The notes under the pieces were generated by a model. The model worked only from the letters and a program-made list of their open reading frames with translations. It did not search any database and was not told where the DNA came from. The position numbers and the translations under genes were made by a program. From Candidatus Electronema aureum (GTDB lineage Bacteria; Desulfobacterota; Desulfobulbia; Desulfobulbales; Desulfobulbaceae), in assembly GCA_004284765.1 (NCBI GenBank), contig NQJD01000027.1, positions 2,974 to 34,973 of the forward strand: 32,000 bases of DNA, read 5' to 3'. Shown here piece by piece: positions 1 to 8,880 of the stretch (within the stretch, counting starts at the first letter, position 1; every line of letters starts with the position of its first letter).

Positions 1-343
1 ACGCGATCTCTTTAATATCTGAAACATTCTTCAATATTTCGGCAAATGCTCCCTGTAACTGTTCACGATGATATGATTTAGGCTCCTCATACGAGCTATT
101 AAGCAAATTCGATATCGAATCTCTTAAATCGGATTTCTCTGAAAAAGTAACTTTGACCCCAGGTAATCCTCTAATGGGTCTTCCTGTGACAGGCAGTTTT
201 GTTGCCGTTTCTTCAGCCTCAGTAATTGCCTTTTTGGGTCGTTCTCGCCAGTAAGGATAATCCTCTTTAAATGAATCAAGCGACCAGAGCTGTGATAAGC
301 TGTCGCATAGCGCATGAATGGTAGTTTCTAATTCAGGTGTCAT
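1..343 (-). CDS. hypothetical protein, 3' end cut by window edge (114 codons visible)
   Basis: Absent from the supplied ORF track because it has no stop inside the window. Hand translation of the minus strand from the ATG at 343-341 gives MTPELETTIHALCDSLSQLWSLDSFKEDYPYWRERPKK... and stays open to position 1. The start lies 5 nt after the stop (351-349) of the upstream gene, so the two look translationally coupled. No family recognised. Confidence 0.5.
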   Translation of the reverse strand, partial: MTPELETTIHALCDSLSQLWSLDSFKEDYPYWRERPKKAITEAEETATKLPVTGRPIRGLPGVKVTFSEKSDLRDSISNLLNSSYEEPKSYHREQLQGAFAEILKNVSDIKEIA

Positions 344-348
344 TTCAA

Positions 349-981
349 TCACCAAATTTCAATTTCCTCAATCTTCCCCTGCGCCTTTTTCAGCATATGC
401 GCCAACACCCCCATAATCTTGCCAATGCTGCTGATGTAATAAGAGGGCTTGTCTATAAACACCGTGTCTTCGGCAAGTTTCAGGAATTTCCATTCATCGC
501 CGGTGGTCACGGCCCCATAAATGCACGGCAGATGGCGATTCTCCTTTTCGTTATACAGCTTGGCCGCGTACATCTCCGCAATGCACTGGCCCAGTCCTGA
601 AATAATGTCCTCATTTTTCGCCTCAACCACTGCCAGAACGGGCACATCAAGGTAAAGCTGCTCGGCGGATTGGCTCAGAATGTAATCACAAAAGCCACTC
701 AGGCCCCGCTCACGGTCAACCGTGAAGTCAATCCCGGAAAAAAGACTGATGCTTTCCGCCAGCATCTCCTTTGCTTCCACCAAAATGTTGATAATGATCA
801 GCTCTGAGCGGGCTTTTTCCGTGTTGATTGACAATGCCAGCTGGACATTTCTGGTTAACGTCGTGGCAAGATAGGAACTGATCTCGGCCTCTGGCACCTC
901 GTCAAATAATGAAACAGACTCAACCGTCTTCAGCTGAAACTCAGCCTTTACTTTCTTCAGGGTAAAATCGCTATAGGCCAT
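349..981 (-). CDS. PD-(D/E)xK (restriction-endonuclease-like fold) protein, function unknown
   Basis: 210-aa ORF. GFCDYIL followed about 20 residues later by VLAVVEAKNEDI gives a D...ExK signature. The overall pattern resembles a conserved hypothetical family I recall from cyanobacteria and other filamentous bacteria (HsdR-N-like). By-eye assignment only. Confidence 0.55.
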   Translation of the reverse strand: MAYSDFTLKKVKAEFQLKTVESVSLFDEVPEAEISSYLATTLTRNVQLALSINTEKARSELIIINILVEAKEMLAESISLFSGIDFTVDRERGLSGFCDYILSQSAEQLYLDVPVLAVVEAKNEDIISGLGQCIAEMYAAKLYNEKENRHLPCIYGAVTTGDEWKFLKLAEDTVFIDKPSYYISSIGKIMGVLAHMLKKAQGKIEEIEIW

Positions 982-1019
982 GATAATTTTTGCTTATGTC
1001 TCGCTGTATTCAGCCTCTT

Positions 1020-1439
1020 TCAATGGACAAACAGCATGTTCTGAAACGGATAGGTATTCTTCCAGCGATATGTCCGAAAGTCACGCTGATCAATGCTGAG
1101 TATCCTTCCGTCACGCAGCTCTTCTGCCAAAATGACCAAGGACGCATCCGCCAAATCCATCGGCAGGTCAGCGTATTTTTCCATCAGATTTAGAATAAGG
1201 CTGTGATGCTCCTCACGAAGGTCGAAAACGATGAAACTCCCTTGACGGAGACTGCGGATGAAACCTAATTCCGCCTCGATTCCCATGCGTTTCAGCAGCA
1301 GATGACACGTTTCGGTCAGAACCGGCCATGTTGTTATCAGCGGTTCACGCAATCTGCTGAACGCATCTATGGCCACTTGATGATACTTATCGTCGGCATT
1401 TACCAAGGCAACCCAGAAGCCTGTGTCCGCAATAATCAC
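1020..1439 (-). CDS. vapC: PIN-domain ribonuclease toxin (VapC family)
   Basis: 139 aa. The four PIN acidic positions are visible (IIADTG, LTETCH, DLADAS, SIDQRDF). A 4-nt ATGA overlap joins it to the upstream small gene. Confidence 0.85.
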   Translation of the reverse strand: MIIADTGFWVALVNADDKYHQVAIDAFSRLREPLITTWPVLTETCHLLLKRMGIEAELGFIRSLRQGSFIVFDLREEHHSLILNLMEKYADLPMDLADASLVILAEELRDGRILSIDQRDFRTYRWKNTYPFQNMLFVH

Positions 1440-1684
1440 AGCTTATCGCTCCAATCCAATTCGTTCTTGTAATTTTCCGAAAGACTGCTGCCTCCATGCA
1501 GACAGCCGACCACGCCGTTCTTGCGGAAAATCTCCAGCGCATCTTGGCCGACAGCAACTTGATGCCGAGCATACAGCTCGTCAATGGCAAGCTCAAGCAC
1601 AGTGCGCGCATCTTTTCCCACCGTATGCTGAAGCTGCTGCAATTTTTCGTAATGCCGATTCCCCAATTCCAGATTGAGCTGCAT
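1436..1684 (-). CDS. vapB: antitoxin of the VapC toxin (RHH-like, VapB-type)
   Basis: 82 aa, directly upstream of and overlapping vapC. The N-terminal QLNLELGNRHYEKLQQL fits a beta-strand plus helix RHH start. The call rests mainly on position and size. Confidence 0.65.
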   Translation of the reverse strand: MQLNLELGNRHYEKLQQLQHTVGKDARTVLELAIDELYARHQVAVGQDALEIFRKNGVVGCLHGGSSLSENYKNELDWSDKL

Positions 1685-1724
1685 AATTTCCTCCGGTTTC
1701 CTTGCTTTCTGTCAGCTCGTTATT

Positions 1725-3701
1725 CTACTCTCCTTTCTCCAGCTCCTCAATCTTGCCCTGCGCCTCTTCCCAAGCCGCATACTGCCGCTCCAAAAGCTGC
1801 TTCACCTCGCCATATTCCTTGCTGGTTTTGGTCCATTGCTGCTGATTTGCATACAAAGCTGGGTCGGCCATCTGGGATTCCAGCTCAATCTTCTGCGTTT
1901 CCAGCCGCTCAATCTCCTTTTCCGCATCCACCGCCTTTTTCTTCCACGGCTTGACTTGGGCATTCACCTGCTCCCGCTGCTGGCCGCGCTGCTTCCGGTC
2001 TTCCTTGCGGTCAACACTGACTGCAACAGGCTGGACAACAGCAGGTTTTGGCGCGGCAGCTTTGGCATTCCGCAGGCTGCCTGCTGCTTCTTCCTCGCGC
2101 CGCTTACGAGTTTCCAAGTAATCGTCAATATTGCCGTCGTGGAGGAACGCCTGCTGGTCGCGGATTTCCAGCACCTTGTTGACAAAGGAATTAACAAAGG
2201 ATCGGTTATGCGAAACCACGACGATCGTGCCTTCGTATTGAGCCATCGCCTCTTGCAGAACCTCCTGCGAGGCAATGTCGAGATGGTTGGTCGGCTCGTC
2301 GAGCATCATCAGGTTGGCAGGCTTGATCAGCATCTTTGCCAAAGCAACCCGGCTTTTTTCGCCGCCAGACAGCACCTGCACCTTTTTATCCACATCATCG
2401 CCGGTGAAAAGGAATGCGCCCAGCAGTGAGCGCACCTTGGTTATGGTCATGTCCTGCGCATTGTGATACACCGTGTCCAAAATGCTGTACTGACCGTCTA
2501 GCTCCTGCGCCTGATGCTGGCCGAAATAAGTCATAACCACATTATGACCCCGACGCACAGTGCCTTCGGCTGGCTCCAGCCCGGCCATGATTTTCATCAA
2601 GGTGGTCTTGCCCGCGCCGTTCACGCCGACCACCGCCAATTTGTCGCCGCGCCGCAGCGTGAACGAGACATCTTTGAAAATCGTCCTGCCGTCAAACTGC
2701 TTGCTCACCCCGTTCAGCTCCAGCACGTCGCGCCCGGAAGCCGCCGCAGGGGGAAAGGCGAAATGGATGGTGCGCTCGCTTTCCGACAGCTCAATCCGCT
2801 CGATCTTGTCAAGCTGCTTGACCCGGCTCTGCACCTGCTTGGCCTTGGTTGATTTGGCCTTGAAGCGGGTGATGAACTGCTCGGTTTGCTTGATCATGGC
2901 CTGCTGGTTGTCGTAGGAGGCCCGCTCCATCTCCATGCGCAGGACTTTCTCCTCCAGATATTTGGAGTAATTTCCTTTATAGACCGTCAGCCTGCCCAGA
3001 CTTAGCTCCCAGGTTTTTGTTGTCACCCGGTCGAGGAACGAACGGTCATGGGAGATAATCATCATCGCACCTTGGTACTGCTGAAGGAATTCCTCCATCC
3101 AGGTCAGCGAGTCGAGATCAAGGTGGTTGGTCGGCTCGTCAAGCAGAAGCAAGGCGGGCTGGCGCAAAAGCAGCTTGGCTAAAAGCAGGCGCATGATCCA
3201 GCCGCCGGAGAACTCTTTCACCTCCCTGTCCAAATCCGCTTTGACAAAGCCAAGGCCGAAGAGGATGCGCTCAATCTGCGGGCGGATGCGGAAGACATCG
3301 TGGCCTTCGAGCAGATGCTGCAACTCGCCTTGGCGTTCAATCAGCGCGTCCAGCTCAGGGTCATGCTGGTCAATCCCGGCCATGCGCTGGCTGATTTCCT
3401 CAAACTCCCGCTGATGCTGCAAGGCTTCGTCAAAGGCTCTTTCCGCCTCCTCATACAGGGTGCGACTACCCAGCTCGATGGTGATTTCCTGCGGCAGATA
3501 GGCCACAGTGAACCACGAGGCCCGGCTGATCACACCGGGATCCGTCTCAATCTCCTTGCAGATGATCTTCATCAAGGTGGACTTGCCCGTGCCGTTGACC
3601 CCAGCCAGGCCGATGCGGTCGTTGACATGAATCTGAGCGGCGATGTCGCGGAAAAGATGCTTAGGGCCGTGCTGAAGGCTGAGGCTGCTGATAGTGAGCA
3701 T
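1725..3701 (-). CDS. ABC-F family ATPase (two ABC domains, no TM domain, C-terminal coiled coil)
   Basis: 658 aa. Walker A motifs GLAGVNGTGKST and AVVGVNGAGKTT, signatures FSGGWIMRL and LSGGEKSRV, a charged inter-domain linker and a K/E-rich C-terminal tail. Confidence 0.9.
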   Translation of the reverse strand: MLTISSLSLQHGPKHLFRDIAAQIHVNDRIGLAGVNGTGKSTLMKIICKEIETDPGVISRASWFTVAYLPQEITIELGSRTLYEEAERAFDEALQHQREFEEISQRMAGIDQHDPELDALIERQGELQHLLEGHDVFRIRPQIERILFGLGFVKADLDREVKEFSGGWIMRLLLAKLLLRQPALLLLDEPTNHLDLDSLTWMEEFLQQYQGAMMIISHDRSFLDRVTTKTWELSLGRLTVYKGNYSKYLEEKVLRMEMERASYDNQQAMIKQTEQFITRFKAKSTKAKQVQSRVKQLDKIERIELSESERTIHFAFPPAAASGRDVLELNGVSKQFDGRTIFKDVSFTLRRGDKLAVVGVNGAGKTTLMKIMAGLEPAEGTVRRGHNVVMTYFGQHQAQELDGQYSILDTVYHNAQDMTITKVRSLLGAFLFTGDDVDKKVQVLSGGEKSRVALAKMLIKPANLMMLDEPTNHLDIASQEVLQEAMAQYEGTIVVVSHNRSFVNSFVNKVLEIRDQQAFLHDGNIDDYLETRKRREEEAAGSLRNAKAAAPKPAVVQPVAVSVDRKEDRKQRGQQREQVNAQVKPWKKKAVDAEKEIERLETQKIELESQMADPALYANQQQWTKTSKEYGEVKQLLERQYAAWEEAQGKIEELEKGE

Positions 3702-3800
3702 TGAATTAAATACAGTCTATGGTTTTTTTATGCCAAAAAAGGAAAGTCTTGAGAAGTAAAATTCAGCAAAAATAGAAAATTGATGGAGAGTGCTGCTGTC

Positions 3801-4154
3801 TTATTCAATGGGACATTTATTACCATCTTTATCAATGCAGACAAACGTGACCATTGTGGAAAATATTTCCGAATCATCAACAGGAAATGCGCTTGCTAAA
3901 CTGACCTGCACCCGATAGGTGACTGAGGTTTTCCCTGTTTTCTCTTTCTCCACATTGAACACCAGAATGCTGCCCAGCTCCACTCGTTTCTTGTAGCTTA
4001 CCTTGTCCATACCAACCGTGACAAAGCTCTTGCCGGGATGGTCTAATCTGGCGCAGATGTAGGCAGCTTCATCCACCCACTTGAGCAGCACGCCGCCGAA
4101 CAGGTAGCCGTAGTGATTGAGATGCTCGGTAAGGACTAACTGGTAATTTTGCAT
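3801..4154 (-). CDS. hotdog-fold acyl-CoA thioesterase (YciA-like)
   Basis: 117 aa. The N-terminal HLNHYGYLFGGVLLKWVDEAAYICA is typical of the acyl-CoA thioester hydrolase hotdog family. Confidence 0.7.
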   Translation of the reverse strand: MQNYQLVLTEHLNHYGYLFGGVLLKWVDEAAYICARLDHPGKSFVTVGMDKVSYKKRVELGSILVFNVEKEKTGKTSVTYRVQVSLASAFPVDDSEIFSTMVTFVCIDKDGNKCPIE

Positions 4155-4187
4155 GAGTGATACTCGCTATTTCTTTCTTCTGCGGAT

Positions 4188-4223
4188 AAAAAAAGGCCGC
4201 AGCCAGAAGCCGCAGCCTTTTTT
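4188..4223 (-). terminator. rho-independent terminator after atpE (bidirectional shape)
   Basis: An A7 run, then the GC-rich imperfect hairpin GGCCGCAGC-CAGAA-GCCGCAGCC (7 GC pairs, 2 mismatches), then a T6 run. It lies 20 nt downstream of the atpE stop; on the minus strand the A7 reads as U7. Confidence 0.65.
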
Positions 4224-4242
4224 GTAAACTGACGGAGATGAA

Positions 4243-4506
4243 TCAGCCGCCGATCAGGGCTGCTTTGTACGGGTTAGCGAACAGCAGAATAAAGGCGATA
4301 ACCAAACCATAGATGGCGATGGACTCAATCAGGGCCATGCCGAGGATCATGGTGGTGGTGATCGCTCCTTTGGCCTCCGGGTTGCGGGCAATACCGCTAC
4401 ATGCGCTTTCAACGCCACGGCCCATGCCGAGAGCAGCAGCAAAACCAGTCAATCCGATGGATGTGGCTGCGGAAAAACATACCAGTGCGAGAGAAATCTT
4501 GTCCAT
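4243..4506 (-). CDS. atpE: F0F1 ATP synthase subunit c
   Basis: 87 aa forming a two-helix hairpin, with loop ARNPEAKG and the carboxylate helix ALIESIAIYGLVIAFILLFANPY. Confidence 0.95.
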   Translation of the reverse strand: MDKISLALVCFSAATSIGLTGFAAALGMGRGVESACSGIARNPEAKGAITTTMILGMALIESIAIYGLVIAFILLFANPYKAALIGG

Positions 4507-4568
4507 TTTTTACCTCCAAACAGTAATAGATAAATAGAGTTGGCCTTCTTCGTAGCTTATAGGAAATT

Positions 4569-5291
4569 TCAGTGGGCGTGTTCCATCGCTCCGACGCAGT
4601 AAATGACAGCGAGCAGAACAAAAACAACACCCTGAATCAGGGAAACAAGCACACCGAGGCACAGGATGGGCAGTGGCGCAAAAATCGCCCCGACCAGCAT
4701 GAAAAGAACACCGAGCAATATCTCTTTTGCTAAAATATTGCCAAAAAGACGCATGGAAAGGGAAACAAGACGAGCAAAGTTGCCGATCAGCTCAAGAATA
4801 ATCATAAACGGAGCCATAACTGCAATCGGCCCGGTGAAATGCTTGTAGTATTTCCAACCGTGATAGCGGAAGCCCAGAATATGATGAAGAAGCCAGACAA
4901 TGATGGTCATGGCGACGGTGATATTGAGACTGGAGGTGGGCGACATAAAGCCAGGCAGCAGGCCGATCATGTTAGCCAGCACGATGTAAATGAAAAAGGT
5001 CGCCAACACCGGGAAGAGCATCCGGGCTTTTTCGCGGCCCATGTGCTCGGCAAAAAAATCCATTAGCCCACCAATCAGAGCCTCCCAAAAATTCTGGCCA
5101 GTGCCTGGCACCAATTCCAATTTGCCTAAAGTCAGCTTCGGCACTACGAACAGAAAGGCCATGATCAGCCAACTGTAGGTCAGGTAAGGTTCAGTTAGCT
5201 TTTCCAGCAGCGTTCCGCCGATCGGCCCGTGAGGAACCGGTAGTCCGATCCAGTTGAGAATCACCGAGATGAAAAGTATTGGATGTTCCAT
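4569..5291 (-). CDS. atpB: F0F1 ATP synthase subunit a
   Basis: 240 aa, polytopic. It carries the conserved LSLSMRLFGNILAKE motif (essential Arg) and sits immediately upstream of atpE. Confidence 0.9.
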   Translation of the reverse strand: MEHPILFISVILNWIGLPVPHGPIGGTLLEKLTEPYLTYSWLIMAFLFVVPKLTLGKLELVPGTGQNFWEALIGGLMDFFAEHMGREKARMLFPVLATFFIYIVLANMIGLLPGFMSPTSSLNITVAMTIIVWLLHHILGFRYHGWKYYKHFTGPIAVMAPFMIILELIGNFARLVSLSMRLFGNILAKEILLGVLFMLVGAIFAPLPILCLGVLVSLIQGVVFVLLAVIYCVGAMEHAH

Positions 5292-5294
5292 GAC

Positions 5295-5735
5295 CTATGC
5301 TCCTTTCGCGTGTTTTCCTGAAAATTCCATCAAGCCACGGGCTAAGGTAACGAAAATGACGCTGACCATCACCGTGGACAATCCTGCAACTAAACCGATC
5401 AGGTGGATGCTGACGCTCATACTCACTACGGCCAGCAGCAGTACTAACACCATAAGACGGATATAAAATTTCACTGCGAAGCCTGCTGCTGGTCTCTGGG
5501 CATCCGGCAGGGCGATCCTGCTGACAATTTGCATCATTGTTCGTTTCAGGGCAAAAAAACTGCCACCGGACAGCGCACCACCGATCAGCACCGACTTGGC
5601 GCAATGCCAGCCAGACAGATACCAGCCAGACAGGGCAAGCAAGACCACGAAGAAGATATTAAATTGCTCGACCGTCCGCAGCAGGGAAAGGTCATCAGCC
5701 TGCTTTGCGTCTACGCTGACTGGCTCAGTCATCAT
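5295..5735 (-). CDS. atpI: ATP synthase protein I (AtpI-like small membrane protein)
   Basis: 146 aa with about 4 TM segments, 3 nt upstream of atpB, which is the usual AtpI position. Confidence 0.6.
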   Translation of the reverse strand: MMTEPVSVDAKQADDLSLLRTVEQFNIFFVVLLALSGWYLSGWHCAKSVLIGGALSGGSFFALKRTMMQIVSRIALPDAQRPAAGFAVKFYIRLMVLVLLLAVVSMSVSIHLIGLVAGLSTVMVSVIFVTLARGLMEFSGKHAKGA

Positions 5736-6006
5736 CCTTGGCGATTCTTTGGCTCAAATCCCAGAGATGCTTGAAGCCTGCTAAAATGCCGAAGCCGAGG
5801 AAAATGAAACTCAACCAAGGCGTAGTGCGACCTCCGAAGACTTTGTTGTCCAAATACCAGCCCATGCCGAAACCGATCACCACCGAGAGGGCGAAAGTCA
5901 TGCCGCTCTGACTGTAGTTTGCCAGATCAGAGAGGATGCCTTTTTCCTCTTTCCGCTCCCGATTTGATTGAGTCAATTTGATAGCACGGCGGCGCGGCAA
6001 GTGCAA
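5725..6006 (-). CDS. atpZ: AtpZ/AtpI-family small membrane protein
   Basis: 93 aa. GMTFALSVVIGFGMGWYLDNKVFG plus a second TM helix matches the AtpZ (ATPase_gene1) pattern. It overlaps atpI by 11 nt. Confidence 0.55.
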   Translation of the reverse strand: MHLPRRRAIKLTQSNRERKEEKGILSDLANYSQSGMTFALSVVIGFGMGWYLDNKVFGGRTTPWLSFIFLGFGILAGFKHLWDLSQRIAKDDD

Positions 6007-6013
6007 TATTTTT

Positions 6014-7306
6014 CTATGCGGCAGCCAATTTTGTCAGCGAGGCGACGGTAGCATCCAGAGCTTTCTGCAAATGCGTACGGTCGTGGGCGGCAGAGACAAA
6101 GGCGGCCTCGAACTGCGACGGAGCTAACCAGATGCCGCTGGCCAACATCTGCCGGAAATGCTGCCCGTAATGTTCTGTATTCGATTTCATCGCCGATACA
6201 AAGTCTGTCACCGGTGCGTCGGTGAAGAAACAGGTCATCATTGAGCCGATGCGGTTGAGCACCGTCGGCACCGGAGCCGCCGCGCCGATGGCCGCGAGCT
6301 TTTCTGCAAACCAGCTGCTCTTCTCCTCCAGCTCTTCATAAAAACCGGGCCGCCGCACCACCTTGAGCATCGCCAAGCCAGCGGCCATTGCCAGTGGGTT
6401 GCCAGACAAGGTGCCTGCCTGATACACTGGCCCAACTGGTGAGACCAAATCCATGATCGCTTTCTTGCCGCCATAGGCACCGACCGGCAAACCGCCGCCG
6501 ATAATCTTGCCGAGACAGGTCAGATCAGGCAGAATGCCGAAACGCTCCTGCGCTCCGCCCAAGGCCAGCCGGAAGCCGGTGATGACTTCATCAAAAATCA
6601 GGACGATGCCCAGCTCGGCGGTCAGCTCACGCAGCTTGCGCAGAAAAGCCAGCTCCGGCACAATCACGCCCATGTTGCCCGCCACTGGCTCGATGATCAC
6701 GCAGGCGATATCCAAGCTGGCATCGCGCAGGGTCTTTTCGAGAATTTCTATGTTGTTGTAGGGAATGGACAGCGTGTTTTTGACAATGTCCTCCGGCACG
6801 CCGGGGCTGCCCGGAATGCCAAGCGTGATCACCCCGGAACCGGCCTTGACCAAGAAGGAATCCGCATGGCCGTGGTAGCAGCCGTCAAATTTGACGATCA
6901 CTTTGCGCCCGGTGTAGCCCCGCGCCAGCCGCACCGCGCTCATGGTGGCTTCGGTGCCGGAGCTGACGAAGCGCACTTTTTCCATTGAGGGCACGGAATC
7001 ACAGACCAATTCGGCCAGCTCGACCTCCAGCGCGGTTGGCGCGCCGAAGCTGGTGCCATGAGGCGCGGTTTCGCAGATTGCTTTGATCACTTCAGGATGG
7101 CCGTGGCCCAGAATCATCGGTCCCCACGAGCCGACAAAATCAATGAATTCGTTGCCGTCCGCATCGGTGATCGTACATCCTTGGGCCTTGGCAACAAAAA
7201 GCGGGTCGCAACCCACAGATTTGCAGGCCCGCACGGGCGAATTCACGCCGCCGGGAATGACTTGGCAGGCTTGGGAGAAAAGAGCGGCGGAGTTTTTGGT
7301 CTTCAT
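6014..7306 (-). CDS. hemL: glutamate-1-semialdehyde 2,1-aminomutase
   Basis: 430 aa. IPGGVNSPVRA at the N-terminus, the class-III aminotransferase core and the PLP-lysine region DLTCLGKIIGGGLPVGAYGG. Confidence 0.95.
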   Translation of the reverse strand: MKTKNSAALFSQACQVIPGGVNSPVRACKSVGCDPLFVAKAQGCTITDADGNEFIDFVGSWGPMILGHGHPEVIKAICETAPHGTSFGAPTALEVELAELVCDSVPSMEKVRFVSSGTEATMSAVRLARGYTGRKVIVKFDGCYHGHADSFLVKAGSGVITLGIPGSPGVPEDIVKNTLSIPYNNIEILEKTLRDASLDIACVIIEPVAGNMGVIVPELAFLRKLRELTAELGIVLIFDEVITGFRLALGGAQERFGILPDLTCLGKIIGGGLPVGAYGGKKAIMDLVSPVGPVYQAGTLSGNPLAMAAGLAMLKVVRRPGFYEELEEKSSWFAEKLAAIGAAAPVPTVLNRIGSMMTCFFTDAPVTDFVSAMKSNTEHYGQHFRQMLASGIWLAPSQFEAAFVSAAHDRTHLQKALDATVASLTKLAAA

Positions 7307-7543
7307 GAATGATTTCCGGTTCCGGGTGCTGGTTCAATGATTCCGGGCTTTGCGTCTTGAACTGTCAGCCCCTTGTATGGTAAGCTGCACGGGCAAGGCA
7401 GTTCTGAATCAAGGGCTTGCAGGCGGCTGGTATTTTACCTATCCGCCGTCGCCCGCTGACTATAGCATGTTGCTTTTTCTTCTGTCAAAAATAAAAACGG
7501 ATTTTTGCTGTTCCCAGCTCTGCTGAGGAGGGCTGGGATTCGC

Positions 7544-7573
7544 TTGTCATGGGCAAAGGCACTTTAGTAGAAT
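7544..7573 (+). promoter_or_regulatory. possible sigma70-type promoter for the Excalibur-domain gene
   Basis: TTGTCA (7544-7549), an 18-nt spacer, then TAGAAT (7568-7573), about 65 nt upstream of the ATG at 7640. Sequence pattern only. Confidence 0.25.
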
Positions 7574-7639
7574 GATTTTATTTTTTACATGGTTCTCCCT
7601 TCAAAAGGAGAAAATATTTTTCATTCAATGGAGATTAGC

Positions 7640-7891
7640 ATGAAATTTAAACGTAATGTAGTGTTAGCTGTAAGCATTTTTTCTATAACTGTAGCAGCTG
7701 GCCTTGCCATGATAAATCCAGCAGGAGCTGAAAAGCAAGACGGCAATCAGAAGTATAAATGTGATGGACGCACACACTGCTCGCAGATGACTTCATGTGA
7801 AGAGGCAAAATTTTTCATCAAAAATTGCCCCAACACGAAAATGGATGGAAACAATGATGGTATTCCCTGCGAGAAGCAGTGGTGTAAATAG
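7640..7891 (+). CDS. secreted Excalibur calcium-binding-domain protein
   Basis: The track ORF starts at 7589. I prefer the ATG at 7640 (GGAG 6-7 nt upstream), which gives the signal peptide MKFKRNVVLAVSIFSITVAAGLAMINPAGA. The C-terminal CSQMTSCEEAKFFIKNCPNTKMDGNNDGIPCE fits the Excalibur DxDxDGxxCE motif. Confidence 0.7.
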   Translation: MKFKRNVVLAVSIFSITVAAGLAMINPAGAEKQDGNQKYKCDGRTHCSQMTSCEEAKFFIKNCPNTKMDGNNDGIPCEKQWCK

Positions 7892-7962
7892 CTAATAGCA
7901 ATTGGGAAAACTATCTCTGTTTTGTGCGCTGACAGGGATAGTTCACAATCAAGAGGAATACT

Positions 7963-8427
7963 ATGAAAAAAAACGTTCAACACACCATTGCTGCACTACT
8001 GCTAACCTTCCTTTCTTTTTCCTCAGCGTTGGCGAAATTCGATATTCCTGATTACGTTTATCCTGCCAGCCAGCTCAAAGAAGCGCAGGAAAAGGCGAAA
8101 AGCAGTAGAAAGCCCATTGCCTTTGTCGGCACTGACAAAGAAACTACTTGTCCGATAGCGACAGCAGCCAGCCAAGAGATTTTTCAAGGTCTGAAAGATT
8201 CCTGCATTATTGTCTATGTTGAGCAGAGTGATATCGACAATCTCCCGGACGTTGCAGGAAAGGCTCTGGATTCAGAAGAAGCAGGCAAGTATATTCCCAA
8301 AACAGCGGTGGTTAGTGCGGACGCAAGCACGCTGATCCTCATTCTTCCTGATGCTCAACCGGAGCAGCGGGCGATGAAAATCAAGGAAGCTCAGGGAAAA
8401 ATCGCCCAGTATATGGCAGAAAAATAA
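7963..8427 (+). CDS. secreted thioredoxin-fold (Thioredoxin_7-like) protein with degenerate active site
   Basis: 154 aa with signal peptide MKKNVQHTIAALLLTFLSFSSALA. The layout EAQEKAKSSRKPIAFVGTDKETTCPIA...IIVYVEQSD mirrors thioredoxin-like proteins, but the WCxxC site reads TCPIA, with a single Cys. Confidence 0.4.
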   Translation: MKKNVQHTIAALLLTFLSFSSALAKFDIPDYVYPASQLKEAQEKAKSSRKPIAFVGTDKETTCPIATAASQEIFQGLKDSCIIVYVEQSDIDNLPDVAGKALDSEEAGKYIPKTAVVSADASTLILILPDAQPEQRAMKIKEAQGKIAQYMAEK

Positions 8428-8481
8428 TTAACCCTTCTGCCTTTCATCTCACTACAAACACGCATAAAGGAGAACCAGATT

Positions 8482-8811
8482 ATGGCAAGTGACAAAGTTA
8501 TCAATGTGACAGATAGTTCTTTTGAGAGTACCGTGATCAACGGCGGACTTCCCTGCCTCGTTGATTTTTGGGCACCGTGGTGCGGCCCCTGTAAGGCCAT
8601 CGGCCCGGTTATTGATCAGCTCGCTGATGAGTTTGACGGCAAAGTAAAGATCGCCAAGATGAATGTGGATGAAAACCCGGAAACCCCGGGTAAATTCAGC
8701 ATCAGGGCCATCCCGACTCTGATTTTGTTCAAGAACGGCGAAAAGTTAGACATGATCACCGGTGCAGTGGGCAAAGGCCAGCTGGTGGCTCTGCTCAACA
8801 AGGCAGTCTGA
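8482..8811 (+). CDS. trxA: thioredoxin
   Basis: 109 aa with the canonical FWAPWCGPCK active site. Confidence 0.95.
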   Translation: MASDKVINVTDSSFESTVINGGLPCLVDFWAPWCGPCKAIGPVIDQLADEFDGKVKIAKMNVDENPETPGKFSIRAIPTLILFKNGEKLDMITGAVGKGQLVALLNKAV

Positions 8812-8880
8812 TCGTTTCAGCGGCGCAGTCTCCGGGGCGTTCCGCGCTCCGGGGGCGAAATTTAATTGCGGAAAATTCTC

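Noticed and set aside
4243-4506. Possible Na+-specific c-ring, because helix 2 has E-S...Y (ALIESIAIYG), as in Na+-binding c subunits.
   Set aside because: In my by-eye alignment to the Ilyobacter tartaricus c subunit, the helix-1 Gln position is Met and the Thr after Ser is Ile. The full Na+ signature is therefore absent, and a proton-coupled ring is the default.
7307-7543. Alternative pairings in the hemL / Excalibur divergent intergenic region: GCCCCTTG with CAAGG at ~7397 or CAAGGGC at ~7412, and the hairpin CCCAGC...GCTGGG at 7513-7537. These hint at a leader switch or sRNA.
   Set aside because: The stems are short (5-7 bp), there is no adjacent T-tract, and I recognise no known riboswitch consensus. 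This cannot be supported without folding energetics or conservation data.
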